Assembly: GCA_034520965.1 (NCBI GenBank)
Contig: JAXHMY010000001.1
Coordinates: forward strand, 608,001-672,000
Source of the DNA: Spirochaetia bacterium
Lineage (GTDB): Bacteria > Spirochaetota > Spirochaetia > DSM-16054 > Sediminispirochaetaceae
Direction: 5' to 3'
Length of the DNA: 64,000 bases
The translations under genes were made by a program, and so were the position numbers. Shown in pieces: positions 1 to 9,654 of the stretch. The notes below the pieces were generated by a model. It had not been told where the DNA came from. It saw nothing but the letters and a program-made list of their open reading frames with translations, and made no database searches. Position 1 is the first letter of the stretch, and every line of letters starts with the position of its first letter.

Positions 1-243
1 ACAGCCGATCCGAAGCACGATCCTAATGCCGAGCCGATCGACCACATGAGCTGGGCGGAATTCCGAGCCATGGTGGGCAATGAGTGGACACCCGGGAAAA
101 ATCTTCCCTTTGATCCGGTCGCAGCCCGCCGCGGATCAGAGATCAATCTACGGGTTGTTTCGGCCGCTGGTGGTGATATTAAGAATATGCTGAATATTTT
201 GTATGACCGTGATTTTATCGGCTCGGTAATAGGCCCGGAATAA
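1..243 (+). CDS. pyrH: UMP kinase, archaeal type (3' part, runs off window start)
   Basis: Frame is open from base 1: TADPKHDPNAEPIDHMSWAEFRAMVGNEWTPGKNLPFDPVAA...GSVIG, matching the C-terminal half of archaeal/spirochaetal UMP kinases. Confidence 0.8.
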   Translation, partial: TADPKHDPNAEPIDHMSWAEFRAMVGNEWTPGKNLPFDPVAARRGSEINLRVVSAAGGDIKNMLNILYDRDFIGSVIGPE

Positions 244-272
244 ATTCGCCCCGCTCCTGTCTCCGCTTTTTC

Positions 273-298
273 AAAGTGCGTCCCCACGGACGCTTTTT
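273..298 (+). terminator. Probable intrinsic terminator after pyrH
   Basis: GCGTCC-ccac-GGACGC hairpin followed by TTTTT. Confidence 0.5.
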
Positions 299-313
299 CG
301 CCCCTTTGCCCAG

Positions 314-342
314 TTGCGTTCTCGCTCAAAGAGCTCTATAAT
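314..342 (+). promoter_or_regulatory. Sigma70-type promoter of the PII-like/EIIA/mrp operon
   Basis: TTGCGT-N17-TATAAT; CAGGAG RBS before ATG 371. Confidence 0.6.
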
Positions 343-370
343 CCTTCCTGAGAAACAGGAGTACCCCCGC

Positions 371-736
371 ATGAAATTAGTTGTTTTTGTGCTGAATACA
401 GAGGAGCTGCTCGATGATGTGCTGGCCGCATATGTGGAAGCCGGTATCAGCGGGGCCACTGTGCTGGACTCGGAGGGTATGGGCCGCTACCTGAGTTATG
501 AGGTTCCCCTTTTTGCCGATTTTAAAGAGTTCATGAAGGGCAACAAACCCTATAATAAAACTATTATTTCGGTGGTTACCGATGAAGATGCCATCCCGAG
601 ACTTCAAAAATTACTCGATAAAATAACCGGAGGACTCGACTTGCCCGGCACGGGCATTCTGTTTTCCGTACCGGTCGATTTTGCCGCAGGACTGATAGAT
701 CAAAACACTGCTGACGAAGGGGAGGAGAAGAAGTGA
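371..736 (+). CDS. P-II-like (GlnB-fold) small regulatory protein
   Basis: MKLVVFVLN...GISGATVLDSEGMG...GTGILFSVPVD, a PII-like pattern; start moved to ATG 371 using the RBS. Confidence 0.7.
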   Translation: MKLVVFVLNTEELLDDVLAAYVEAGISGATVLDSEGMGRYLSYEVPLFADFKEFMKGNKPYNKTIISVVTDEDAIPRLQKLLDKITGGLDLPGTGILFSVPVDFAAGLIDQNTADEGEEKK

Positions 737-1194
737 TTTCAATTACAGGACTGCTTTCGCCGGAGTGTATCAGTCTCGAATTACATGAGAAACGAAAAAA
801 ACGGGTCATAGCTGAGTTGACCGACCTTCTACAGAGTGCCGGAAAGGTCGAGAACGGCAAGGCCCTCGCGCGCAAAATTCTCGAGCGCGAAGCTATGGCC
901 TCTACCGGAATTGGCCATGGAATAGCAATTCCCCATTGTCTTACCAATCTGGTCGATGATACCGTGATGGCCTTCGGTCGAAGTACAAACGGAATCCCCT
1001 TCGATTCGGCCGACAACAAACCGGCACAACTTATCTTTTTGCTGACAGGGCCTCAAACGGCCACCAGTGAGCACCTCAAACTGTTGAGTAAATTAAGCCG
1101 ATTGCTGACCGAACAACAGTTTCGCACCCAGCTTTTTGATGCATCCACAGCCGAGGAGGTTATCGAGCTGTTTCGCCGGGAAGAGGAGGTATAA
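733..1194 (+). CDS. PTS EIIA (fructose/mannitol/Ntr family) domain protein
   Basis: REAMASTGIGHGIAIPH phospho-His motif; HLKLLSKLSRLL; overlaps the upstream stop. Confidence 0.9.
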   Translation: MISITGLLSPECISLELHEKRKKRVIAELTDLLQSAGKVENGKALARKILEREAMASTGIGHGIAIPHCLTNLVDDTVMAFGRSTNGIPFDSADNKPAQLIFLLTGPQTATSEHLKLLSKLSRLLTEQQFRTQLFDASTAEEVIELFRREEEV

Positions 1195-1196
1195 CC

Positions 1197-1709
1197 ATGA
1201 CCTCTTCTTTCAAGTGGGCGATAACCAGAATTATTCTCACAAGCCTCTACCTGTTTGCCGGCTGGCTGCTGTTTACCGGCAGCACCGCTACGCGATCGCT
1301 GCTGATGGGAGCCGGATTTTCCTTTCTGATCGCCCTCACTACCTTTAAACTCTTTATCGATGACGATGAAGCTGCCCGGCGTACCTTGCTGCCGAGGGTG
1401 CATTGGCTGCTTTTTTATGGAATTTTGGTGTTTTATAAGGTGTATGTCGCCAGCTTCCAAACCGCCTTCGCAGTGCTGCGGGGAAGGTATTATCCCCGGG
1501 TAGTTCATTTTCGTACTCGCCTTAATTCGGATATCGCCAGAAGCGTAATCGCAGGGTCTATCACTTTAACCCCCGGAACTATTACCCTGGAGCTGACCGA
1601 AGACCATTTAGTAGTACACTGGCTAAACGCTTCAACCACCCATAGCCGTTTTGCCGGAAATATTATCAAGGGTAGTTTTGAAAAACTGTTAAAAAGAGTG
1701 TGGGTGTAA
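1197..1709 (+). CDS. mnhE: Na+/H+ antiporter subunit E (MnhE/MbhA type)
   Basis: SITLTPGTITL and HLVVHWL motifs. Confidence 0.9.
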   Translation: MTSSFKWAITRIILTSLYLFAGWLLFTGSTATRSLLMGAGFSFLIALTTFKLFIDDDEAARRTLLPRVHWLLFYGILVFYKVYVASFQTAFAVLRGRYYPRVVHFRTRLNSDIARSVIAGSITLTPGTITLELTEDHLVVHWLNASTTHSRFAGNIIKGSFEKLLKRVWV

Positions 1710-1711
1710 GA

Positions 1712-1990
1712 ATGGAATTTTCATTACCGGTAATTATAGATTGGACAATTGCTTTTTTGCTGGGATCCTGTATTGTCGGAATTATCCGCATCATAATCGG
1801 TCCCACCACAGCCGACAGGTTAACCGCCCTCAATCTGGTCGGTTCCCAGGTTATAGCTTTGCTGGTAGTGACGGCTTTGCGGGCCGGCTCGCCCGTATAT
1901 TTAGATGTAGCCATGGTATATTCGGTCTTCGGATTTTTAGGAGTATTGGCTATTACCCGTTTTCTTTCTAAAAGGAGTAATTCGAAATGA
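1712..1990 (+). CDS. mnhF: Na+/H+ antiporter subunit F
   Basis: RIIIGPTTADR...YLDVAMVYSVFGFLGVLAITRF. Confidence 0.9.
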   Translation: MEFSLPVIIDWTIAFLLGSCIVGIIRIIIGPTTADRLTALNLVGSQVIALLVVTALRAGSPVYLDVAMVYSVFGFLGVLAITRFLSKRSNSK

Positions 1991-2283
1991 GCTGGGCAGT
2001 GGTTATTTTCTTTATTCTAGGAGTGTTCTTCGCCTTAACCGGTCATCTGGGCTTGTTAAAAGCGCCGGATGTGTATACCCGCCTGCAGACATCATCAACC
2101 TGCAGTACCACCTCGGTCCTTTCAATACTGATTGCCTGCATGTTGTTATCCGGTATAAGTCCCTTCACGGGAAAGGTTGCAGCTATTACCATTTTTTTCA
2201 TTATCACTAATCCTGTTGCAACCCATATAATCGCCCGCTATGCCTGGGAAGAGGGAATCGTTCCATGGAGGCGACAACAATGA
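1987..2283 (+). CDS. mnhG: Na+/H+ antiporter subunit G
   Basis: GLLKAPDVYTRLQ...TNPVATHIIAR. Confidence 0.9.
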   Translation: MSWAVVIFFILGVFFALTGHLGLLKAPDVYTRLQTSSTCSTTSVLSILIACMLLSGISPFTGKVAAITIFFIITNPVATHIIARYAWEEGIVPWRRQQ

Positions 2284-2813
2284 CCGATGTGTTTATCACC
2301 GGCCTGCTGTGTGTAGTCGTTGCCGCCGGAACCCTCTCGATTCTGTTCAAGGATTTATACGTCTCGGTAATTTTACTCTCGATTTTCAGCTTTTTATCTT
2401 CCCTGCTGTTCTACGTCAGCCACGCTCCGGATGTTGCTATAACCGAAGCTGCAGTCGGAGCAGGTATGACTACCCTTATCTTTGTCTGGGCGGTACACGC
2501 CTGCAGCACTCGATCCCCCCAGACAAAAGAGTTTCCGAAGACCGGCGGAATAAAACTGTCCGCCGGGGTGCTGATAGATGTTCTTTTGGTGGCGGCGGTC
2601 GGCATAGCCTTGTGTATCTTTTTACCTCCCCTCCAGGGGACACCAAGCTTTTTACGGGATTTTCTGTTTGAAAACGGATACAAGGACACCGGAGCGCTCA
2701 ACCTGGTCAGCGCTGTATATCTCGGGTATCGAGCCTTCGATACCTTTGGAGAAACAATTGTGCTGCTGTGCGCAGTCACCGGTTCAATCTACTTTTTGTC
2801 CCGCGCACATTAA
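2280..2813 (+). CDS. MnhB-related subunit (DUF4040 + MbhE-like; equivalent to MrpA C-terminal part)
   Basis: APDVAITEAAVGAG and NLVSAVYLGYRAFDTFGE motifs. Confidence 0.85.
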   Translation: MTDVFITGLLCVVVAAGTLSILFKDLYVSVILLSIFSFLSSLLFYVSHAPDVAITEAAVGAGMTTLIFVWAVHACSTRSPQTKEFPKTGGIKLSAGVLIDVLLVAAVGIALCIFLPPLQGTPSFLRDFLFENGYKDTGALNLVSAVYLGYRAFDTFGETIVLLCAVTGSIYFLSRAH

Positions 2814-2870
2814 TAACCGCGCCCAAAGCCCTGTGGAGGAATACCTCTGGATGAATAAAGGAGAAAGGCA

Positions 2871-3299
2871 ATGCGTACAAAAACCGATATGCTGGATGTA
2901 GCTTCCCGAAAATTATCTCCCTATGTGCTTCTGTTCGGCTGTTACCTCATCAGCTATGGCCATCTCTCGCCCGGCGGCGGATTTCAGGGAGGCGTGGTGC
3001 TGGCCTCTGGTTTAATTCTGCCTGCCCTCGGCTGCAGAAGTGAGCGGAGGGAAGATCTTTTGTCTAACTTTGCCCTTAGTGTGGGAGAAACTGCCGGCTT
3101 TGTCTTACTGTTTTTGATAGGGGTGAGCGGAATAGCAGCTACCGGGTATTTCCTTGCAGACCCTTTTCCGGTAACCGCCCGACCCCATGCCTGGTTCATT
3201 TTCTTTATGAATTTAGCAATCGGCCTAAAGGTCGGAGCCGGTATCGGCTTATTGAGTCTGCTGATTATTCGTGAATCCCTGGAGCCGTCGGATGGATAA
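2871..3299 (+). CDS. mnhB: Na+/H+ antiporter subunit B
   Basis: GHLSPGGGFQGG motif; AIGLKVGAG. Confidence 0.9.
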   Translation: MRTKTDMLDVASRKLSPYVLLFGCYLISYGHLSPGGGFQGGVVLASGLILPALGCRSERREDLLSNFALSVGETAGFVLLFLIGVSGIAATGYFLADPFPVTARPHAWFIFFMNLAIGLKVGAGIGLLSLLIIRESLEPSDG

Positions 3300-3636
3300 G
3301 CTGTTAGTAATTACGCTTTTTTGTGTAGGATTATTTGCGATTTTAGCCGGCCGATCACTTATCCGTAAAATCATCGGCTTGAGTCTGCTGAACAGTTCGG
3401 TAGTCATCCTCTTTATCCTCTCCGGTCGTATAGACGGCATTCGTGCTCCGATTCTCACACAAACCGAATCGGGCATGATCGTAGACCCGATTCCGCAGGC
3501 CTTGATGCTGACCGCGATTGTGGTAGGTCTCTCGGTAACTGCAGTGGGGCTTATATTGGCGGTTAAACTCTACCGCAGCTGCGGGAGTCTGGACATCCGT
3601 GAGATCGAGGAATCACTAGATGAACCCGCAGAGTGA
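3292..3636 (+). CDS. mnhC: Na+/H+ antiporter subunit C
   Basis: DPIPQALMLTAIVVG motif. Confidence 0.9.
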   Translation: MDKLLVITLFCVGLFAILAGRSLIRKIIGLSLLNSSVVILFILSGRIDGIRAPILTQTESGMIVDPIPQALMLTAIVVGLSVTAVGLILAVKLYRSCGSLDIREIEESLDEPAE

Positions 3637-5356
3637 ACTACCGGTATTAATAATCTTATTTGCTCCCCTTATTGCGGCAATCCTCAGCCTGGTCGGTAAA
3701 TTTCTACCTCCCCGCTATTCAATTACCCCGGCCTTTCTGGTATGGCTGGGAGGGTCGCTGTGGGCGATATATGCAGCCGCCCCGGCGATTCTGTATGGCC
3801 AGTCGCTCGAATACAGCCTCGGGGGCTGGGCTGAGCCCTACGGTATCAGCCTCTCGATAAACGGCTTAACCTGGATAGCGACCCTCACGGATATAGTTAT
3901 CGCCTCGGCAGCCTGGCTGGCCACCCGACGTTACACACGCTTCGGAGCCCTGTTTTACTTTTTCTTTTTTATGGCTCTTTTTTCCCTGCAGGGGGTCCTG
4001 TGCAGCCGCGACATTTTTAACTTGTTTGTCTGGTTCGAAGTACTGTCGCTCAGTTCATTCATTTTAATCAGCTACGACCGCAGCCTCAGTTCCCGACTGG
4101 CGGCAATACGGTATCTGCTAATCAGTTCGCTTAGTATCACCTTTTTCCTGATTGGAGTGTGGATACTCTACCGGCTCACCGGTTCATTGGCACTGACGGA
4201 AATAGCCGAAGGCCTGCAGAGTCTTAACTCGGCTGCTGAAACGCGGGCTTTTGCAGGGGCTCCGCCGTTTGCGCGAGTCCAGTCGGCCGCAGGATTAGCC
4301 CTCGCCCTTATTACCGCCGCCATACTCACCAGAGCAGCGGTAACCCCCTTTCATACATGGCTGCCCGATGCCCATACCGCTGCTCCATATCCGGTGTCGG
4401 CTCTGCTCTCCGGATTTGTAATCAAGGCCCCCATGATTGCCCTGTGGAGAATCTTTGAGCTGATCGAATTCCCCCAGCTGATGGAGGGCTTGGTATGGCT
4501 GGGAGGAGTAACTGCAGTATGGGGAGTGGCTGCTGCAATGCTGCAGAAGGATGCAAAAAAATTGCTGGGGTATCATTCGGTGTCGCAGATGGGATACATT
4601 TTGGCGGCCTTCGGCATCGGCGGAGTACTCGGCCGCTCGGCGGCCCTGTTTTATATTATTGCCCATGCGCTTTTTAAGAGTCTCCTGTTTCTTACCGTCG
4701 GCCATGTCACCACTCGAGTGGGTACGCGGAATGTATATAAAATCCGCGGTCTCAGGCGCTTTTTCCCCTTCTATACGATCGCCTTTCTGATTGCTGCCGC
4801 CTCCATTTCCGGGCTGCCCTTACTGGCGGGGTTCACAGGAAAAGTACTGGTCTCGGAAGCACTTCATTCCCATCCGGCATACCTGATGCTGCTGGCTGCA
4901 GGTGTTGGGACAGCAGCCTCCTTCGTAAAATTATCCGCCATGTTCTTCGGCAAAGCATCGGATGCGCATCTGCTCATACTGGAGTCAAGACCGGCGGACG
5001 ACCGCGGCTCTAAGACTGCCGCAGGGGAAGCACACTTCGGACTGCTGGTTATCGCTGCCGGCTGTATTGCAATGGGAGTGATACCCCACTTAATCCACCA
5101 CTATATTCTGTTACTCCTGCACGGGAGAGCCGCTCTTCCCCCACCGATTGAGATCGACTGGTACAACTATGCATCTCTCCTAAAGGCCGGTGTAAGCATT
5201 GGAGGGGGTTTTTTACTAGCCCTGTTCCTGCTGTCTCCATTTGGAAAAGGCCTTGCCCACCGGGCTCGTACTCTGAGGGTCGGTTTAAACGGTTCGCTGC
5301 GCATGTTAGTGAGCGGGTTCGTACTGGTTCTATTATATGGACTGCTTACTTATTAA
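3620..5356 (+). CDS. mnhD: MnhD/NuoM-like proton-translocating subunit, copy 1
   Basis: DIFNLFVWFE, PFHTWLPDAH, HSVSQMGY, HALFKSLLF. Confidence 0.88.
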   Translation: MNPQSELPVLIILFAPLIAAILSLVGKFLPPRYSITPAFLVWLGGSLWAIYAAAPAILYGQSLEYSLGGWAEPYGISLSINGLTWIATLTDIVIASAAWLATRRYTRFGALFYFFFFMALFSLQGVLCSRDIFNLFVWFEVLSLSSFILISYDRSLSSRLAAIRYLLISSLSITFFLIGVWILYRLTGSLALTEIAEGLQSLNSAAETRAFAGAPPFARVQSAAGLALALITAAILTRAAVTPFHTWLPDAHTAAPYPVSALLSGFVIKAPMIALWRIFELIEFPQLMEGLVWLGGVTAVWGVAAAMLQKDAKKLLGYHSVSQMGYILAAFGIGGVLGRSAALFYIIAHALFKSLLFLTVGHVTTRVGTRNVYKIRGLRRFFPFYTIAFLIAAASISGLPLLAGFTGKVLVSEALHSHPAYLMLLAAGVGTAASFVKLSAMFFGKASDAHLLILESRPADDRGSKTAAGEAHFGLLVIAAGCIAMGVIPHLIHHYILLLLHGRAALPPPIEIDWYNYASLLKAGVSIGGGFLLALFLLSPFGKGLAHRARTLRVGLNGSLRMLVSGFVLVLLYGLLTY

Positions 5357-5398
5357 AGCCGGAAAATTTACGGCCGGCAAATTTAAAAAGGAGCGAGC

Positions 5399-7114
5399 AT
5401 GGATGCTGCCCCCACAGACATATATGTACTGTTCCTCCTATTAGCTCCCCTTAGCGCGGTACTGATCACTCTGCTCGGTAAGCTCCTGCCCCGAAAGGTT
5501 TCACAGGTCCCCGCTTTTCTAATTTGGTTTTTCGGAGGTCTTTGGGCGTTGTTGCGTACCGCAGATGCTGCCGGATCTGCCCCTAGGATGTACGCCTTTG
5601 GAGGCTGGCGGGAGCCACTTGGTATTGTGTTCGAATTAAACGGAATAGGCTGGGCAGCCGCGGTGCTTGCCCTTGTGATTTTCACCGCGGTGTGGCTTGT
5701 AAGCTGGAAACAGAGGGGCTACGGGAGCAGCTTCTACTTTACCCTGTATCTCACCCATTTTTCCTTACTGGGAATTTTGTTCTCAAGAGATCTATTCAAC
5801 CTGTTTGTATGGTTTGAAGTTCTATCACTGTGTTCTATCATTTTAGTCGCCTATGATCGTACGCCGACAGCCTTGCTGGCGGCCTTTAGATACCTGTTGC
5901 TCAGCACGGTGAGTATCACCTTCTTTTTAATCGGGGTGTGGATTTTTTACCGTTCTACAGGAAGCTTAGCTTTTGGGGAAATTGCAGCTTATCTAAAAGC
6001 ATTACCAAGGGGTGCCGGGGCTGTATCTAAAACTGCCTTGGCACTTATCACCGTCGGAATCGCCACCCGTTCTGCGGTGGTACCCTTTCACACATGGCTT
6101 CCGCCAGCGCATTCTTCGGCCCCTTATCCGGTTTCAACCCTGTTATCCGGCCTGGTTATTAAGGTTCCCCTCCTTGCCCTGTGGCACTTTTATGCCTATC
6201 TCCCCTTTTCTCCAGTGGAACAGCTGCCTACCTGGTTAGGCATCGGAGGGGCTTTAGTCGGCGGCATAGCTGCTGTCATGCAAAGGGATGCAAAACGAAT
6301 TCTGGCCTATTCATCAGTCGGTCAGATGGGCTTCATTGTTGCGGTTTTCAGTTTTGGCGGCGCCCTCGGGAAGACCGCCACCCTCTTCTATATTCTTCTG
6401 CACGCCCTTTCGAAGGCCCTGCTCTTTCTCTCCGTCGGCTATGTTTCCCACCACGCAGGCAGTCGCGATGTATACCTCCTGCGGGGAATGCAGCGCCGCT
6501 TTCCTCTTACCGCAGTATGGTACTGGATTGCCGCTTTTACTTTAATGGGCATCCCCCTGAGCGGGGGCTATTACGCCAAACTGCTGGTCTCCTCCAGCCT
6601 GTATAGCCATCCAGGTGCATGGTTGTTGAATATAGCCGGAGCCGCTACCGCGATAGCACTGTTCAAATTAGGCCGCATCTTTACCGGCCTGCAGGCCGAT
6701 ACGGAAGCCGGGCTTGGGACCGACCTTGTGGCTGAATTTGATGCCGGTAAAAAGACACAGGCGATTGGGGCAATTACGCTCGGTATGGCAATTCCGGCCG
6801 CCGCCTGTGTGGCAATTGCACTGTTCCCGCAGCATCTGTTTCGTTTTCTGAGTTCCCTCTCTGTTGTAGGGCCGGTAATCGAGGGCTCCGGCGGTACGAT
6901 CTCAGGGCTGAGCTGGTATTCTACGAGCTCACTGCTAAAAGCTGCCCTGATCACCCTCAGCGGGGCGGCAGGACTTTTCATCTTTCAAATTCAGGGGGTT
7001 CGCAAGGGTATACAAGCCATGTCTACTGCATCTAGTGCCGGAGTAGGCCTGAACAGTTCATTGCGTTTTTTGGCCGCCGGCTTGCTGCTGTTGCTGCTCC
7101 TTTCCCAACTCTAG
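5399..7114 (+). CDS. mnhD: MnhD/NuoM-like proton-translocating subunit, copy 2
   Basis: DLFNLFVWFE, PFHTWLPPAH, YSSVGQMG, HALSKALLF; clear paralog of the upstream gene. Confidence 0.88.
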   Translation: MDAAPTDIYVLFLLLAPLSAVLITLLGKLLPRKVSQVPAFLIWFFGGLWALLRTADAAGSAPRMYAFGGWREPLGIVFELNGIGWAAAVLALVIFTAVWLVSWKQRGYGSSFYFTLYLTHFSLLGILFSRDLFNLFVWFEVLSLCSIILVAYDRTPTALLAAFRYLLLSTVSITFFLIGVWIFYRSTGSLAFGEIAAYLKALPRGAGAVSKTALALITVGIATRSAVVPFHTWLPPAHSSAPYPVSTLLSGLVIKVPLLALWHFYAYLPFSPVEQLPTWLGIGGALVGGIAAVMQRDAKRILAYSSVGQMGFIVAVFSFGGALGKTATLFYILLHALSKALLFLSVGYVSHHAGSRDVYLLRGMQRRFPLTAVWYWIAAFTLMGIPLSGGYYAKLLVSSSLYSHPGAWLLNIAGAATAIALFKLGRIFTGLQADTEAGLGTDLVAEFDAGKKTQAIGAITLGMAIPAAACVAIALFPQHLFRFLSSLSVVGPVIEGSGGTISGLSWYSTSSLLKAALITLSGAAGLFIFQIQGVRKGIQAMSTASSAGVGLNSSLRFLAAGLLLLLLLSQL

Positions 7115-7138
7115 TCAAAACCACTTCGGCTGCAGGTA

Positions 7139-8938
7139 TCACCCAGGAAAGCGAAGTAGAAAGCTGGTGCCTGGGCCATTCCCGCTCTCAAGTTCCACAC
7201 TGCCCCCATGGGTAATCATGATATGTTTGACGATAGCCAGTCCGAGACCCGTGCCGCCGGCATCGCGGCTGCGAGCTTTTTCTACCCGGTAGAAACGTTC
7301 AAATATTCTGGATCGATCGGCCTCCGGAATTCCGGGGCCGTTGTCGCTGACGGCAAGCAGCACCCGCCCGTCGACATCCCGCTCCCCTTTTATCTGTACC
7401 ACGCTCTGCTCGGGACAGTATTTGACGGCATTATTCAGAAGGTTAAATACCGCCTGCTCAACTAATCTGCTGTTGCCGTAGATCTCCAGGCCGGCGTCGC
7501 AATCAACCAGAATTTCAATATTATTTTCTGCAGCTTTTCTCCGGCACATTGACACAGCAGCCTGTACAGGGTTAATGAGCTCAGTCCGCTCAAAGGATAT
7601 TCCCTGCCCACCCTCATTCTGCTCCAGCCTGCTGAGGGTAAGCAAGTCTTCAACAATATTACCCAGACGGTCAACTTGATTGTGGATGATGTGAAGAAAA
7701 CGTTTTGCCATGTCTTTATCTTCAATCGCCCCATCCAACAGGGTTTCGACAAAACCGCCGATAGAAGTAATCGGTGTCTTAAGCTCATGGGACACATTGG
7801 CCACAAACTCCTTCCGGATATTCTCCAGCCGTTTCAAGTGAGTTATGTCGTTTAGCACTAAAACCAGCCGTTGGATTTCATTTCGCCGATAAACTCCATC
7901 AATAACCGCTTCAATGGTGGCGGCGTTTATCTGCAGATGCTTCTGCTCTCCTTCAACGGTGATTACAAAAGAACTCTGACGGACCGCTTTTGTAGTGAGG
8001 GTCTCCTGGGCGAAGTTATCGATGTCGGTATTTCTCATTACCTGGATAAGGCTCTTTCCGATGATCGGTTCCGACGAATAGTTTGTAAGTTTGACGGCGG
8101 CAGGATTCAGATCAGTGATTACCAGATTGTGGTCGAGCACAATCACCCCCTCGTTCATCCCGGTAAGAATTGCCTCCAGTTCCTGTTTCTGGCTTGAAAC
8201 CTTTCCTATACGGCTGGTCAGTGCACGCGCCATTTTTTGCAGCGCATTGGCCGTGGTGACAATTTCTCTTGGACCTTCAGCCTTTACTGAGTGGGAGAAA
8301 TCAAACTCACCGTAGGAGGCCGCATATTTTGCGATCCGTGACAGGGGAACCGTTATCTTCCGTGAAACAAGTACCATTGCCAATACCGAGAATACAAGCA
8401 ATACAGCAGTGATGAGGGCAATACTCAAGGCAGCAGAGCCGAGCATGTTTTCTATTCTTCGTGCAGGGATGCTTGACCGCAGAACTGCAATTATCTTACC
8501 GTCGGGGTTCCGCAGGGGCGTACCGTGGTAGAGCATGGGCATGGAGAGGGTGGGGCTTTCCCGCAGACTGAAAGCTTCTTCTCCGTTTAGCGCCTGACGG
8601 ATCTCTACCCGGGTGGCGTGGTTTTCCATGGCCGAGGCTGCTTCATGGGTATCTGCAAACACCGTTCCATCCGGGCTAATGAAGGTAAGCCGTATCTCCT
8701 GCTTGTTGCCAAACTGTTCACATACCCGCGGCGCATGCCGGCGGAGTTCGTCCAGGGAATCGGGCAGAGCCGCCCGGAGTACATCCGCCGTGCTTTCAAG
8801 CCGGTTGTAGTATTCGGAATACAGCAGGCTGCTCAGATTCCGGTAAGAGAAAAAAGCCACCGAACCGGCAAGAATAATAAACAGTAGCACCATAGGAGGC
8901 AGGAGGTAACTAAAAATTGAACGGCTTTTTGTCTTCAT
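7139..8938 (-). CDS. phoR: Phosphate regulon sensor kinase PhoR (HAMP-PAS-HisKA-HATPase)
   Basis: FVANVSHELKTP H-box, RIFERFYRV...GGTGLGLAIVKH; end of the pst/pho operon. Confidence 0.9.
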   Translation of the reverse strand: MKTKSRSIFSYLLPPMVLLFIILAGSVAFFSYRNLSSLLYSEYYNRLESTADVLRAALPDSLDELRRHAPRVCEQFGNKQEIRLTFISPDGTVFADTHEAASAMENHATRVEIRQALNGEEAFSLRESPTLSMPMLYHGTPLRNPDGKIIAVLRSSIPARRIENMLGSAALSIALITAVLLVFSVLAMVLVSRKITVPLSRIAKYAASYGEFDFSHSVKAEGPREIVTTANALQKMARALTSRIGKVSSQKQELEAILTGMNEGVIVLDHNLVITDLNPAAVKLTNYSSEPIIGKSLIQVMRNTDIDNFAQETLTTKAVRQSSFVITVEGEQKHLQINAATIEAVIDGVYRRNEIQRLVLVLNDITHLKRLENIRKEFVANVSHELKTPITSIGGFVETLLDGAIEDKDMAKRFLHIIHNQVDRLGNIVEDLLTLSRLEQNEGGQGISFERTELINPVQAAVSMCRRKAAENNIEILVDCDAGLEIYGNSRLVEQAVFNLLNNAVKYCPEQSVVQIKGERDVDGRVLLAVSDNGPGIPEADRSRIFERFYRVEKARSRDAGGTGLGLAIVKHIMITHGGSVELESGNGPGTSFLLRFPG

Positions 8939-8949
8939 CTATTACTCTC

Positions 8950-9642
8950 CTAGGAGGATTCCTTCATGCGGTACCCGACCCCACGGACAGTTTCTATATA
9001 CTTTCCCTTGTCCTGCAGCTTTTTTCGAAGCCCTAGAATCTGTACATCCACAGAACGCTCGGTTACCGGGTAATCCTCTCCCTTTACAACCCCAATAATC
9101 TGGCTTCGCGAAAATACCCACCCGGGGTTTCTTGCCAGGAACTCCAGAATCGAAAACTCGGTCACACTTAAATCCAGGGCGACGCCCTCACACTTTACTA
9201 CATGCCGGGCCGTATCGATGGTAATATTGTGTAGAGTAATAACCGGCTCATCCTTCACAGGCAGCGTCCGGCTCTGCTTCTGCCTCAACTGCCTGCGAAT
9301 CCTGGCTATTAGCACCTTTGGGCTGAAGGGCTTGGTCACATAGTCGTCGGCCCCCACTTCCAATCCGGTTATTACATCCGAGTCTTCACTTTTGGCGGTA
9401 AGCATAATGATGGGAATTTCAGCAGTGTCTTCTCTGCTCTTCAGCCGTTTGCACAGCTCAATACCGTCTATTCCCGGAAGCATAAGGTCGAGAACTACAA
9501 GATCTGATTTACCTGCTGCCGCCGCGGCCGCCTCGCCCGAACCCACCGCAATAACCTTGTATCCATCCCTCTCAAGGTTGTAAGTTAAAAGTTCAAGAAT
9601 ATCCTGTTCATCATCTACAACTAGAATGGTTTCATGTGCCAT
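8950..9642 (-). CDS. phoB: OmpR-family response regulator PhoB/PhoP
   Basis: Receiver (VDDE, DLMLPG, KPF) plus winged helix IETVRGVGY; pho context. Confidence 0.85.
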   Translation of the reverse strand: MAHETILVVDDEQDILELLTYNLERDGYKVIAVGSGEAAAAAAGKSDLVVLDLMLPGIDGIELCKRLKSREDTAEIPIIMLTAKSEDSDVITGLEVGADDYVTKPFSPKVLIARIRRQLRQKQSRTLPVKDEPVITLHNITIDTARHVVKCEGVALDLSVTEFSILEFLARNPGWVFSRSQIIGVVKGEDYPVTERSVDVQILGLRKKLQDKGKYIETVRGVGYRMKESS

Positions 9643-9654
9643 GCTGCTCTCCTT

